UHGV virus genome: UHGV-0177176
DNA length: 44,115 nt
Strand: one strand, 5' to 3'
Origin: a virus
Shown here: positions 17,574-26,806 of the stretch, piece by piece
How the letters are laid out: each line of letters begins with the position of its first letter
How positions within the stretch are numbered: the first letter of the stretch is position 1
Made by a program: the position numbers and the translations under genes
The notes under the pieces: model-generated
What the model was told of the DNA's origin: nothing
Databases searched by the model: none
What the model saw: only the letters and a program-made list of their open reading frames with translations

Positions 17574-18607
17574 TGTATGGTGTTGACCTTAAACTACTGA
17601 CAAAGATACTAACAACGCACCGACCTAGCTGGGGTAGTACCAAATGGTTTGAACCTCTACTTAGTAGCGCTCTTGCTGGTGGGGAACACTATGTAAGAGA
17701 CGCTCATGGTAACTACTTTGTGCTTATTGGTGACTCTGAACAGAGTGATGTAGCATTTACATCACACCTCGACACAGTGGCCCGGCCTGGTAGTGCTGCG
17801 CCAGACATTGCAATCACTAACAAGGGTGTAATGTTCCTGCGGAATCCACAGGTGGCGGATTGTCTAGGTGCAGACTGTGGTGCTGGTATTTACCTGATGC
17901 TGGAGATGATTAAGCGGGGAGTACATGGACGTTACTGTTTCTTCGTGGATGAAGAGGTAGGCTGTGAGGGTAGCAGTGCATCCGCCAAGGACGACACTGG
18001 CTTCTGGACGGGGGTCAAGGCGATGATTAGCTTTGACCGCCGAGGTGATGGGATCATTACGCATCAACGATACCAGCGTTGCTGTTCTGATACGTTTGCA
18101 AAGGAACTGGCGGCTCGACTAGGACGAACAGATGCGCACTTACAGAAAGGGGTATACACGGACTCCGCTGAGTTCATGCAGATTATCCCAGAATGCACTA
18201 ACATAGGCGTAGGGTACATGCACGAACATACTCCGGATGAGGTGCTGGACCTTAGCATTCTTGGCAGCGTACTGGAGCACGTACTCAGTCCGGGTACATT
18301 CAAGCACCTGCCGATTGAGCGTGATCCTAAAGTAGTGGAACCGGATGCGTGGTTATCTGCCTATACGCATCCCCTAACGATGCCCCTGGATGTTCCCCCT
18401 GCGGAAGATCCGCATTTACTAGCAGCGTTTAAGGAGGTGTCACAACTTTCTAAGCAGCAACTGATTAGCTGGGTGCTAGATAACCCAGCAAGAGCGGCGG
18501 AATACATCATGGTGTATTCTGACTACGGATTTCGTGATGAGCTGATTGAACTAGGCACCCGAGTTGTAGAGGACTGGGGTGGATACGATAATATTGTGGA
18601 GGGTTGA
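17573..18607 (+). CDS. M20/M28-family metallopeptidase homologue (putative peptidase)
   Basis: Motifs in order: SHLDTV (HxD), GADCGAG (GAxDxK-like), DEEVGCEGS (EE metal ligands), and a late MHEH histidine. SD GGAGG 7 nt upstream. TAATG coupling. Confidence 0.65.
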   Translation: MYGVDLKLLTKILTTHRPSWGSTKWFEPLLSSALAGGEHYVRDAHGNYFVLIGDSEQSDVAFTSHLDTVARPGSAAPDIAITNKGVMFLRNPQVADCLGADCGAGIYLMLEMIKRGVHGRYCFFVDEEVGCEGSSASAKDDTGFWTGVKAMISFDRRGDGIITHQRYQRCCSDTFAKELAARLGRTDAHLQKGVYTDSAEFMQIIPECTNIGVGYMHEHTPDEVLDLSILGSVLEHVLSPGTFKHLPIERDPKVVEPDAWLSAYTHPLTMPLDVPPAEDPHLLAAFKEVSQLSKQQLISWVLDNPARAAEYIMVYSDYGFRDELIELGTRVVEDWGGYDNIVEG

Positions 18608-18609
18608 TT

Positions 18610-19080
18610 ATGTCTAAGTTTAAAGTTGGTGATAAAGTAGTACGCAAATCACCCGACGACAGCTCGTCGTTTAAGAAGCACCAAGGGGATTTTGATTATT
18701 ACACAGTTACAGCTATGTCCTCAGGCGGTCACTGGTTACGGTTGAACAATTATACTATCGATGGTGACTGGTACCCGTGGTATGCATCTAACTTTGAGCT
18801 GTACCAAGAGCCGGACGAAGAGCTGCCGCCTGCACCAACCTCGGTACTTTATTATAATAGTACTACGGATGCAGATAACTTCCAGCATATGCTAGTGCAG
18901 CCACATTGGGAGTTAGAGGGGCACCTCAGTATTGCCATAGTGAAGAGCGGTAAAAAGTTTGACCCCTCGGCTTACGGCGATGTACTATCTCTCAATTTGG
19001 AACCTGACGCAGCCCTGCAACTGGCGCACGACCTTCGTCGCATGGCTATGGATATTAAACGTAAGGGGAAAGCACAATGA
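18610..19080 (+). CDS. Hypothetical protein (156 aa) with N-terminal KFKVGDKVVRK module
   Basis: SD GGAGG before the ATG at 18610. The N-terminus is paralogous to that of the 29331 protein. Confidence 0.6.
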   Translation: MSKFKVGDKVVRKSPDDSSSFKKHQGDFDYYTVTAMSSGGHWLRLNNYTIDGDWYPWYASNFELYQEPDEELPPAPTSVLYYNSTTDADNFQHMLVQPHWELEGHLSIAIVKSGKKFDPSAYGDVLSLNLEPDAALQLAHDLRRMAMDIKRKGKAQ

Positions 19081-19274
19081 GCATTATCCAATACCGGAAG
19101 CAGCATGAAATACTAGTGGGAATCCCATTCACTTGGGGATGCAGATGGGTTTGGGCAATCAAGGTAGATGGTGGAGATATCTACTTCCTAGAAAACGGAA
19201 GGCAGGTGAAGGAGTCGGAGAAGAATATTATCGAGAGCGGCATTGTGTACGCCAATAGCATCGAGATTAAGTGA
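19077..19274 (+). CDS. Hypothetical small protein (65 aa)
   Basis: ATGA-coupled ORF. Confidence 0.5.
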   Translation: MSIIQYRKQHEILVGIPFTWGCRWVWAIKVDGGDIYFLENGRQVKESEKNIIESGIVYANSIEIK

Positions 19275-20062
19275 TGGACCAGCCCTGGCTTAGAGCGTGC
19301 AAGCGCCTGGCCGTGGGGCAGAGGGCACGCTTTCGGTGCTGCGGCAAGGACGCCGCCGGAGTGCTCTACAATAACCCGGATGCCTGGGAATACTATTGCC
19401 ACCGCTGCAAACAGGTAGGCAAAGAGCGCAAGCAGTACCAGCGCATACAGTTACAGGAAGAGCCGAGGGTGCAGCCCTCTGCACCTGCAGATGCAATTTG
19501 CATTAGCCAAGCGCCTGCGGAAACGCAGAGTTTTATTTACGGATTCCTTGCTTCAAAAGGAATCATGCCTGAAATGGTGGAGGATGCAGAGTGGAGCAAC
19601 GAGAAACAGCGGATACTATTCTGTGTAGGGGGTGCTGTACTGGGCCGTGCTGTTCATGCCCGGCAGCAACCGAAGTGGGTAATGTACGGGCAGCCAATAC
19701 CTTTCGCTGCCGTGGGACCTGCCGTAGCACGGGATGTAGCTGCGGCCGCGCCTCTAAAGGTCGTGCTCACAGAGGACTTACTCTCAGCCCGGAAGATACA
19801 GCACGCAGTTACGAGCTACAGTGCGTTGAACGTGCAGGCTATAGCTATGCTGGGTACACGCTTGCCCACGCCGCTGCGAGCCTGGCTGATTCAGAATCGC
19901 CCGGAAGTGATTCTGATGCTGGACAATGACCCGGCAGGGCATGCCGGGGTAGCAGCAGCGCGCAAGGCACTGCGCCCGTTCATGCAGTGCCGAGAACACT
20001 ACTTCGCTGCGGACCCGAAGGACGCAGAAATCAAAGAGATACTGGAGGCGCTTAATGCTTAA
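19274..20062 (+). CDS. DNA primase (zinc-ribbon + TOPRIM)
   Basis: CCGK…CHRC zinc ribbon. TOPRIM motifs (…VLTEDLLSARK…, …LMLDNDPAGH…). ATG at 19274 overlaps the upstream TGA. Confidence 0.8.
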   Translation: MDQPWLRACKRLAVGQRARFRCCGKDAAGVLYNNPDAWEYYCHRCKQVGKERKQYQRIQLQEEPRVQPSAPADAICISQAPAETQSFIYGFLASKGIMPEMVEDAEWSNEKQRILFCVGGAVLGRAVHARQQPKWVMYGQPIPFAAVGPAVARDVAAAAPLKVVLTEDLLSARKIQHAVTSYSALNVQAIAMLGTRLPTPLRAWLIQNRPEVILMLDNDPAGHAGVAAARKALRPFMQCREHYFAADPKDAEIKEILEALNA

Positions 20063-20261
20063 GAACAAATACAGGGTAGTCACAGATACCTATTTGGGAT
20101 ATGAGGCACAGGTAAAGTTCTGGTGGTTCCCAATTAAATGGTGGATGATTAGCCGTAGTGGCCGGGGTGTTGGTATAAATACTAATAGGACTTTGAAAGA
20201 CGCAGAGTTACTCTGCCGTATGCATCGCAGCGGTGCTGGCATATACAAAGTGGAGGTATGA
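20055..20261 (+). CDS. Hypothetical small protein (68 aa)
   Basis: Coupled ORF between primase and helicase. Confidence 0.45.
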   Translation: MLKNKYRVVTDTYLGYEAQVKFWWFPIKWWMISRSGRGVGINTNRTLKDAELLCRMHRSGAGIYKVEV

Positions 20262-20485
20262 TGAGCGTACAACTAATTAGCCATGTTTGCGATTGTGGAA
20301 AGGGGTATCGCTCTTGGCACGACCTGAAATGTGGACACTGTCGCAGTAAGCAAGAGGAGCGCAAGCTGGTACAGTACCACCAAGCATTAGAAGACGCAAA
20401 GCGGCGACTACAGTTAGAATATTTCCGCCACTACGTCCACGAAGTTGGCGGCCCAAACAGGACTATCAGGGTGGAGGTGGTATAA
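20258..20485 (+). CDS. Hypothetical zinc-ribbon protein (75 aa)
   Basis: CDCG…CGHC motif. ATGA-coupled. Confidence 0.5.
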   Translation: MMSVQLISHVCDCGKGYRSWHDLKCGHCRSKQEERKLVQYHQALEDAKRRLQLEYFRHYVHEVGGPNRTIRVEVV

Positions 20486-21766
20486 TTGGACCTTATAGTT
20501 GTTAAGGCGATGTGCACGCAGAAGGTCTGGAACAGACTGCGAGAGCAGATACCCAAGTCTATGCTAGCGCCGGACACCTCGAACCTACTGGACTGGGTAG
20601 GACTGTACTGGAAAACGTACCCGGAGCACCAGGAGGTGCAGTGGGATGCGATGCAGAGCATGCTCAACCTCCGGGCCGGGCACCTATCCCGTGAAGAGCG
20701 GGTGATTATGGACGAGCTTATGCGGGGAGTACAAGCCGTACCACAGGATTCTGTGGTGGGGATTGTGCAGACCCTGAACGAGCTGGCATACAGCGGAGAG
20801 GTTGCAGCGCTCACGCAGCGCTACCAAGACGGGGAGGAAGTTGATTACCTGCTGGAGATGAAGCACCTCCAGCGCAAGTACGGTGATGGTGCTGCTGTTC
20901 ATGATTCGCTACTAGAGTGGGAGAGCGGAAGTGTTGATGAGATACTTGCCGCAACTGATGAAAGTGGCGGTCTTAAGCTGGGCGTATTTGAACAACTCTC
21001 TAATAGCATCCGTGGGCTTCGTGGTGGTGATTGTATTGCTGTGGCTGCCCCTGTTGATTCTGGTAAAACTAGCCTACTCGCTGCTATTGCTGTGGACTTT
21101 GCTAAGCAGATGCAGCAGCAACCGGAAGTATACGGGGATCGTCCGATTCTATGGCTGGTTAACGAAGGCCCGGCGACGCGTACTGTGCCGAGGGTATATC
21201 AAGCGGCGTTGCATTGGACTCTGGCTGAGATTAAAGACAGGCACAGTAGGCAAGAATTTGTGCCAGCCTATCTGGAGAAAGTAGGCAGGGCTGACCGCAT
21301 CCGTATCAAGGCGGCGCACTCCCTTACGATGGCTCAAATCTCTACGCTCATGGAGGAGATGCGTCCAGCGGTAATAATCATAGACATGGTAGCTAACATC
21401 CGTGGTGGCACGATGGAGTCCGAGCACCAGAATCTAGAGGCGAAGTGGCAGGAGCTACGTATCCTGGGGTGTGAGAATGACTGTGCCGTTATCGGTACTA
21501 TGCAGCTTTCACTCGAAGGTTATAACCTGCTGTTCCCACCACTCACAGCAATGAAGCAGAGTAAGATTGGTGTACAAGGTGCTTTGGATTTAGCGATTAT
21601 GATGGGGTGCTTGGACAGGAACGAGCAGCCGCACATGCAAAACATTCGTGGTATCAGTACGCCTAAGAACAAAATGGCACTATCTGGTAAGGAGTCGCTA
21701 CTGCAATTCGAGGTAGCATTCGACCCAGGTAGGTGCCGCTTTAACGAAGGGCAGATTAACAAGTGA
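20486..21766 (+). CDS. Replicative DNA helicase (DnaB/gp4-helicase-like)
   Basis: Walker A AAPVDSGKTSLL. Appropriate size (426 aa). Apparent TTG start with SD GGAGGTGG 5 nt upstream (the next ATG is at 20510). Confidence 0.8.
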   Translation: MDLIVVKAMCTQKVWNRLREQIPKSMLAPDTSNLLDWVGLYWKTYPEHQEVQWDAMQSMLNLRAGHLSREERVIMDELMRGVQAVPQDSVVGIVQTLNELAYSGEVAALTQRYQDGEEVDYLLEMKHLQRKYGDGAAVHDSLLEWESGSVDEILAATDESGGLKLGVFEQLSNSIRGLRGGDCIAVAAPVDSGKTSLLAAIAVDFAKQMQQQPEVYGDRPILWLVNEGPATRTVPRVYQAALHWTLAEIKDRHSRQEFVPAYLEKVGRADRIRIKAAHSLTMAQISTLMEEMRPAVIIIDMVANIRGGTMESEHQNLEAKWQELRILGCENDCAVIGTMQLSLEGYNLLFPPLTAMKQSKIGVQGALDLAIMMGCLDRNEQPHMQNIRGISTPKNKMALSGKESLLQFEVAFDPGRCRFNEGQINK

Positions 21767-21772
21767 CTTCCC

Positions 21773-21795
21773 TAGCGCCTTCTCTGAGGGCGCTA
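21773..21795 (+). promoter_or_regulatory. Intergenic hairpin H3 (stem TAGCGCC/GGCGCTA, 9-nt loop) with GCTATGTAGG flank, related to H1/H2
   Basis: Lies 7 nt after the helicase stop and is followed by a strongly SD-led small ORF. Confidence 0.4.
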
Positions 21796-21817
21796 TGTAG
21801 GTAAATAGGAGGCTACC

Positions 21818-21973
21818 ATGCTTAAACCACCAGACATTAACTATCTCGACGACGAGGTAATCAAGGCGTACGCTGCATCTGCAGGTACTTTCCGTAAACG
21901 ATTCGCGCTGGACAGCAGCCAGCTGATTGTGCACTTGGCTATCAACAAGGCTCGGAGGGCTAAATGGAAATGA
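21818..21973 (+). CDS. Small protein (51 aa)
   Basis: Excellent SD AGGAGG 5 nt upstream of the ATG. Below the 60-aa track cutoff. Confidence 0.55.
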   Translation: MLKPPDINYLDDEVIKAYAASAGTFRKRFALDSSQLIVHLAINKARRAKWK

Positions 21974-22146
21974 AAGTATGGGTATGTGAGACTTGGGAAA
22001 CAGACGGGTATGACCACTTCGGTGAGCATATAACCTTGTGGCACAGAAAGGAAGACGCAGAGGCTCACGGTAAAGCTGTAGCAGATGAATGCACTGCCCA
22101 GTACGTAACAGGTAGATTCCAAGTGTGGGAGGCCGTTGTACAATGA
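21964..22146 (+). CDS. Small protein (60 aa)
   Basis: ORF overlaps its neighbours, and is ATGA-coupled to the DNA polymerase start. Confidence 0.45.
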   Translation: MEMKVWVCETWETDGYDHFGEHITLWHRKEDAEAHGKAVADECTAQYVTGRFQVWEAVVQ

Positions 22147-24509
22147 CAACCAGTATAATGCACATAGACTTGGAGACAGAGAACAATGAATATTACGGCT
22201 CTAAAGCAAGCCCATACTGCCCTGACAACTATGTTGTTGAGTCAGCATGGCGTATCGACACGACACAGGCTGACGGTACTACCACTGTTGGCGCGACTCA
22301 ATCGGTGCGCTTCAATTCAAGAGCTGATTTCTTGGCGGGAAACAGTGCAGCAGAAGGCTGCCGGTGGTTTCATATCCCAGAGGATTGCTGGCTTATTGTT
22401 GCGCACAACGCAGCCTATGAGATTTCTTGGTTTCTCACGTACCAGCGGCAGCAGTTTGAGGCCTTCCTCAAGCGCGGCGGCAGGGTGTTCTGCACAATGC
22501 ACGGGGAATACATCGCCTCGGACTTTCAGAGCATGTATCCGTCACTGGACGAGACGGCTCCTAAGTACGGCGGTACGCACAAAGTAGATGGGGTTAAGAT
22601 CCTCTGGGAGCAAGGTGTGTTAACCTCCCAGATTGATCCTATACTACTGCACGACTACCTAGTTAACGGGGACATCCCGAACACAGCTCTGTGCTTCTAC
22701 GGTCAGTGCAGTATCTTCGCCCAGCGTAATCAGATGCAGTACGTGTGGGAGCGTATGGATGCGTTGCTGGCTTGGGCCTACTGCGAATGGTTCGGCCTGT
22801 TCGTGAACATACCTATTGCACGCAAGAACCAAGAGGAGCAGGAGAAGCGTATCCTGGAGATTAAGCAGGAGCTGCAGCAGTATATCCCCAAGGACTTGCC
22901 GGAGACGTTGGATTTCAACTTCGGGTCTGACTTCCACATGTCTGCGCTGGTGTATGGCGGCCCTATCAAGTACCGCAAGAAGGTGCCCTACGACCCGCCG
23001 CAGTATGTGAAGGTGGATGCCTATCTAGTGCAGGGTACAGAGGGGACGTTTGTACCTTGTGAAAGTACGGATGTCAGTGGTGCACACAACTTCGTTACTT
23101 ACAAGGCCGGTAAGAACAAGGGCTTACCAAAAGTTTTCCGCATAGATACAGAGGAAGAGAAACTCAAATGGGAAGAGGACCTCTACTTCTGCCCGGGCCT
23201 GGTTAACATTCAGGAACTACCCGAGGTACTCCGAGAGAAGTATGCTGAGCGTGGGGAGTTCAGACAAGCCCGGAATCTGCAGGATGGGACACCAATCTAC
23301 AGCACCAGTACTGATGCTATGGAAGCGCTAGCCCGTCACGGATTTGAGTTCTGTCGGTTGGTGAACGAGCTAGGTGCTCTGGAGAAGGACACAGGAACCT
23401 ACTATCTACGAACGGAGTACAACGAAGATGGGTCAGTTAAAAAGACCTCAGGCATGCTTCAATACGTCATACCTCAGAACCCTGATGGTTCAGGTATTAT
23501 CCACCACCGTCTTAACACCTGTGCCACTGTCACCGGGCGACTGTCAGGTTCTAACCCGAATCTCCAGAATCTACCGCGCGACGGGACGAGCCGGGTTAAG
23601 CAGATGTTCACTTCTCGTTTCGGAGAATCTGGTCGCATCACTGAGGTTGACTACTCGGCCCTGGAAGTGGTTATGTCTTGTGTTCACACTGGAGACCTTA
23701 AACTACTGGGGCTGCTGCAGTCCGGCACGGATATGCACTGTTACCGATTAGCATTTAAGGAGAACAAAACCTACGAAGAGATGTATGACCTGTGCCATAA
23801 CGCTGATGGGCCAGACTACAAGTACTGGAAGCAGCAGCGTACGGATATTAAGCCACCTAGTTTTGCTGCGCAGTACGGTGCTACGGCTAAGGGTATAGCC
23901 TTTGCTACTGGGTGTACTGTAGAGTATGCACAGTCATTCCTGGATAATGAGGCTAAGCTGTTCCCAACAACCATCGGATTCCGCGCTATTGTCAAGGAAG
24001 AAGTAGAGCGCACCGGAGCAGCTGGGCGTATATACCGGGAGCAAGCTGATGACGGCAGTTATCGTATCTACCGCATTGGCACCTGGACTAGCCCAGCAGG
24101 TGCTCGCTACAGCTTCCGCCAGAAGGAGCAGTGGAAGGAAGTAGTCCCTGGTCAGCGCAAACAAAAGGTGATGGACTACAAAGAAACTGAGATGGCTAAC
24201 TACTGGTGTCAGGGTGAGGCATTCTTCCTGATGGCGGTAGCAGCTGGTATGGTTCTGCGTGCAATGCTGGCACGGGATTGGTTCAATAATCAGGTGTGCT
24301 TGATTACGAACGTACACGATGCATTGTATCTGGACAGTGCTAATCCAGAGGTAGGCAGAGAAGCGAGCCTGTTGGTTAAGCAGTGTATGGAGGATGCACC
24401 TAAGCGTATACACCAGCTATGGCCTAACTACGGCATCATTGGGCAAGTCCCGTTCCCAGCGGAAGCTGAAATGGGTATGAGTATGTATAGTAAGGAGAAA
24501 GTAGAATGA
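22143..24509 (+). CDS. DNA polymerase, family A (T7 gp5-like) with 3'-5' exonuclease
   Basis: Exo I HIDLETE. Pol motif A DYSALEVV. Motif B R…KPPSFAAQYG. Motif C VHDA. SD GGGAGG. Start chosen at ATG 22143 (the track ORF starts at 22125). Confidence 0.9.
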   Translation: MTTSIMHIDLETENNEYYGSKASPYCPDNYVVESAWRIDTTQADGTTTVGATQSVRFNSRADFLAGNSAAEGCRWFHIPEDCWLIVAHNAAYEISWFLTYQRQQFEAFLKRGGRVFCTMHGEYIASDFQSMYPSLDETAPKYGGTHKVDGVKILWEQGVLTSQIDPILLHDYLVNGDIPNTALCFYGQCSIFAQRNQMQYVWERMDALLAWAYCEWFGLFVNIPIARKNQEEQEKRILEIKQELQQYIPKDLPETLDFNFGSDFHMSALVYGGPIKYRKKVPYDPPQYVKVDAYLVQGTEGTFVPCESTDVSGAHNFVTYKAGKNKGLPKVFRIDTEEEKLKWEEDLYFCPGLVNIQELPEVLREKYAERGEFRQARNLQDGTPIYSTSTDAMEALARHGFEFCRLVNELGALEKDTGTYYLRTEYNEDGSVKKTSGMLQYVIPQNPDGSGIIHHRLNTCATVTGRLSGSNPNLQNLPRDGTSRVKQMFTSRFGESGRITEVDYSALEVVMSCVHTGDLKLLGLLQSGTDMHCYRLAFKENKTYEEMYDLCHNADGPDYKYWKQQRTDIKPPSFAAQYGATAKGIAFATGCTVEYAQSFLDNEAKLFPTTIGFRAIVKEEVERTGAAGRIYREQADDGSYRIYRIGTWTSPAGARYSFRQKEQWKEVVPGQRKQKVMDYKETEMANYWCQGEAFFLMAVAAGMVLRAMLARDWFNNQVCLITNVHDALYLDSANPEVGREASLLVKQCMEDAPKRIHQLWPNYGIIGQVPFPAEAEMGMSMYSKEKVE

Positions 24510-24727
24510 CTATTAAACCGGGTAGTATTGTGGAGATACTAGGACTTGGGCCGGAACCCTTAGAACCTAGACATCGTGATTACTTTGCACCAGGCACTCA
24601 GCATCGTGTGATATCTTATGACCCCGAACTCTGGGAGGTGGAGTTAATCAATCCAGACAACAACTCAGAGAAGCCTGGGGATGGTGTTACCTTCTTCTCT
24701 GGGGAGTACAAACTTATCGTGGAGTGA
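24506..24727 (+). CDS. Hypothetical small protein (73 aa)
   Basis: ATGA-coupled to the DNA polymerase. Confidence 0.5.
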   Translation: MTIKPGSIVEILGLGPEPLEPRHRDYFAPGTQHRVISYDPELWEVELINPDNNSEKPGDGVTFFSGEYKLIVE

Positions 24728-24891
24728 TGATATAGGTGGACCCTTGGGTGGTGTAGGGGGTTAGGGTAACACGAGAATTAGCTGGGGTCAAGCAGATAAT
24801 TAAATAAAATTATTTGTTGACTCTGGCTTGATTCTGTGATTTACCGAGAATTAATGTGATACGAGTAGGAACAACATAAGAGAGGCAACCC

Positions 24892-25869
24892 TTGGCTAAA
24901 ATTAGTTTAATTAACCTGTTCAGCAAAGACCAGCACGAGGAAGTGTTGAGTTACTACAAAGACAATGCAGAGGCAGCCGCAGCCTATACAGCTATGACGA
25001 ACGGGAAATATCCAGTGTCCCGCCAGCTTGTACGCTACTGGCGCAGCATCTTCATGGATAACAAGGGTAGCAAGTCAAAGGCTAACAATGCCCTGATGCA
25101 AGCCCGAAAACTAATTCAACCTTCCCCAACGGATGATATTGGGGATACATTTGTACCTGAAACCTGCAGACGTATACTGGTTATTGGTGATCTGCACGAG
25201 CCTTACACACACCCGGACGCCTACGACTTTTTGCGTAATGTTCGGGATGAATACTGCCCAGACATCGTGGTGCAGATAGGGGATGAAACAGACGGGCACG
25301 CCATTAGCTTTCACGATAGCAGCCCGGAGTTGGATAGTGCTGGGGTGGAGTTAGAGAAGGCCAAGCTCGGTCTGGAGAGGCTTCACGACCTGTTCCCTAA
25401 CATGCTCCTGTGCGACTCTAACCATGGCTCCCTTGTATACCGTAGAGCCAAAGCCCACGGACTCCCGGTGCAGTTCATTAAGAAATACCGGGACATCCTG
25501 TTCCCAGAGCACGGTGCGCCGGGGTGGAGTTGGGGTGATGCTTGGGACTTGGAGACGCCGCTGGGCGTTGTACGGTTCCAGCACCAGGTGTCTGGGGACC
25601 TGCTGCTCAACGCGGCTCATGAACGTAAGTCCATGGTAATAGGACACTTCCATGGGAAGTTAGATATACAGTATGCCGCGAGCAGCACCGCCTTGTACTT
25701 TGGTGCGCACTGCGGTTGTTTAATCGACAATAAGAGTCTGGCCTTTGCTTACGGCAAACTGTCAAGAAGCAAGCCGATTCTAGGGTGTATGGTGATTACA
25801 GATGGATGCCCACAAATCATACCCATGCTGCTTGACGACTCCGGTAGGTGGGTTGGACGTAACCGTTAA
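24892..25869 (+). CDS. Calcineurin-like metallophosphoesterase
   Basis: GDLHEP (DxH), QIGDETDGH (GDxxD), SNHG (GNH), GHFHG (GHxH). Apparent TTG start with SD GAGAGG. Confidence 0.75.
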   Translation: MAKISLINLFSKDQHEEVLSYYKDNAEAAAAYTAMTNGKYPVSRQLVRYWRSIFMDNKGSKSKANNALMQARKLIQPSPTDDIGDTFVPETCRRILVIGDLHEPYTHPDAYDFLRNVRDEYCPDIVVQIGDETDGHAISFHDSSPELDSAGVELEKAKLGLERLHDLFPNMLLCDSNHGSLVYRRAKAHGLPVQFIKKYRDILFPEHGAPGWSWGDAWDLETPLGVVRFQHQVSGDLLLNAAHERKSMVIGHFHGKLDIQYAASSTALYFGAHCGCLIDNKSLAFAYGKLSRSKPILGCMVITDGCPQIIPMLLDDSGRWVGRNR

Positions 25870-25920
25870 GCCCTGCATCTGCACATAAATATTATTTGAA
25901 CTAAACGAGGACATAATTAT

Positions 25921-26754
25921 ATGACTATGAATGCACTGGACACTCTGAACTCCCTGGTTGCTGCTGCGATTGAAACACAAGAAGTTGATATGACCGAGAC
26001 CGCCCAGGGCGGTGCGTACGAGGATGTACTGCTGCCGAAGGGTGAGTACTATGGCTACTTCACCGAGTATGTGGAAATTGGTAAGCGCCTGCCGACCAAG
26101 GGTGGTAAGCCTACCGGTAAACCTGCAGCAGCGAATGTGCGTATCGGGGTTGTGGTGTACGGTCCGAACGGTGAGGTGAAGCGTATCCGTCCGTATCCTA
26201 TGACTATCAGCAACTTTGAGCGCGCTGGCTTCAAGAAATTCTTCGACAAACTCAATTACGATGGCAGCATTAAGCACGCTGCACAGCGACTTGGGCAAGC
26301 GTTTGTATTCCCGGTGGATGAGCACACCAGCGCAGCAGGTAAGAAGTCTAACATTGTAGACCTCGCGGCAATCCGTCCGATTCCGAAGTTTGACCCGAAT
26401 ACCGGTGAGCCGATTAAAATGCCTGAGCTGGATGCTTCAGAGATTAAGCTGTTCTTGTGGAATAATCCTACCAAAGAAACATGGGATAGCTTATATATCG
26501 AAGGGACCAAAGATGATGGTAAGAGTAAAAACTGGATTCAGGAGGACATGTACAAAGCAGTTGACTTCCCGGGCAGTGCCTTGGATATTATGCTGAATGC
26601 TGGTTCGGTTCCGAGTCCTCAATCTATGCAGACACCTGCTGCTCCTACTGCTCCCGCAGCTCCAGCCACCCCGGTTGCTCCAGCAGCACCAAGTGCCCCG
26701 GTAGCTCCTGTAGCGCCAGCGGCTCCTGCAGCGCCTGCTGCGCCACAAGCCTAA
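25921..26754 (+). CDS. Hypothetical protein (277 aa) with a C-terminal ~45-aa Pro/Ala-rich low-complexity tail
   Basis: SD GAGGA. The tail reads PAAPTAPAAPATPVAPAAPSAPVAPVAPAAPAAPAAPQA. Confidence 0.65.
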   Translation: MTMNALDTLNSLVAAAIETQEVDMTETAQGGAYEDVLLPKGEYYGYFTEYVEIGKRLPTKGGKPTGKPAAANVRIGVVVYGPNGEVKRIRPYPMTISNFERAGFKKFFDKLNYDGSIKHAAQRLGQAFVFPVDEHTSAAGKKSNIVDLAAIRPIPKFDPNTGEPIKMPELDASEIKLFLWNNPTKETWDSLYIEGTKDDGKSKNWIQEDMYKAVDFPGSALDIMLNAGSVPSPQSMQTPAAPTAPAAPATPVAPAAPSAPVAPVAPAAPAAPAAPQA

Positions 26755-26806
26755 GCAAGCCTATTACTAACTAATACGGCCCCGCCTGGGGCCTTAGAGG
26801 AAGCCT

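Noticed and set aside
19591-23751. Internal + strand alternative-frame ORFs (19591-19929, 20512-20694, 20931-21284, 22186-22587, 22816-23010, 23374-23751, 7269-7643, 11031-11216, 33563-33793, 34536-34748, 30325-30582, 31108-31416)
   Set aside because: These are fully nested inside longer genes with strong homology. None has a credible SD, and their products are low-complexity or Arg/Cys-rich as expected of off-frame translation.
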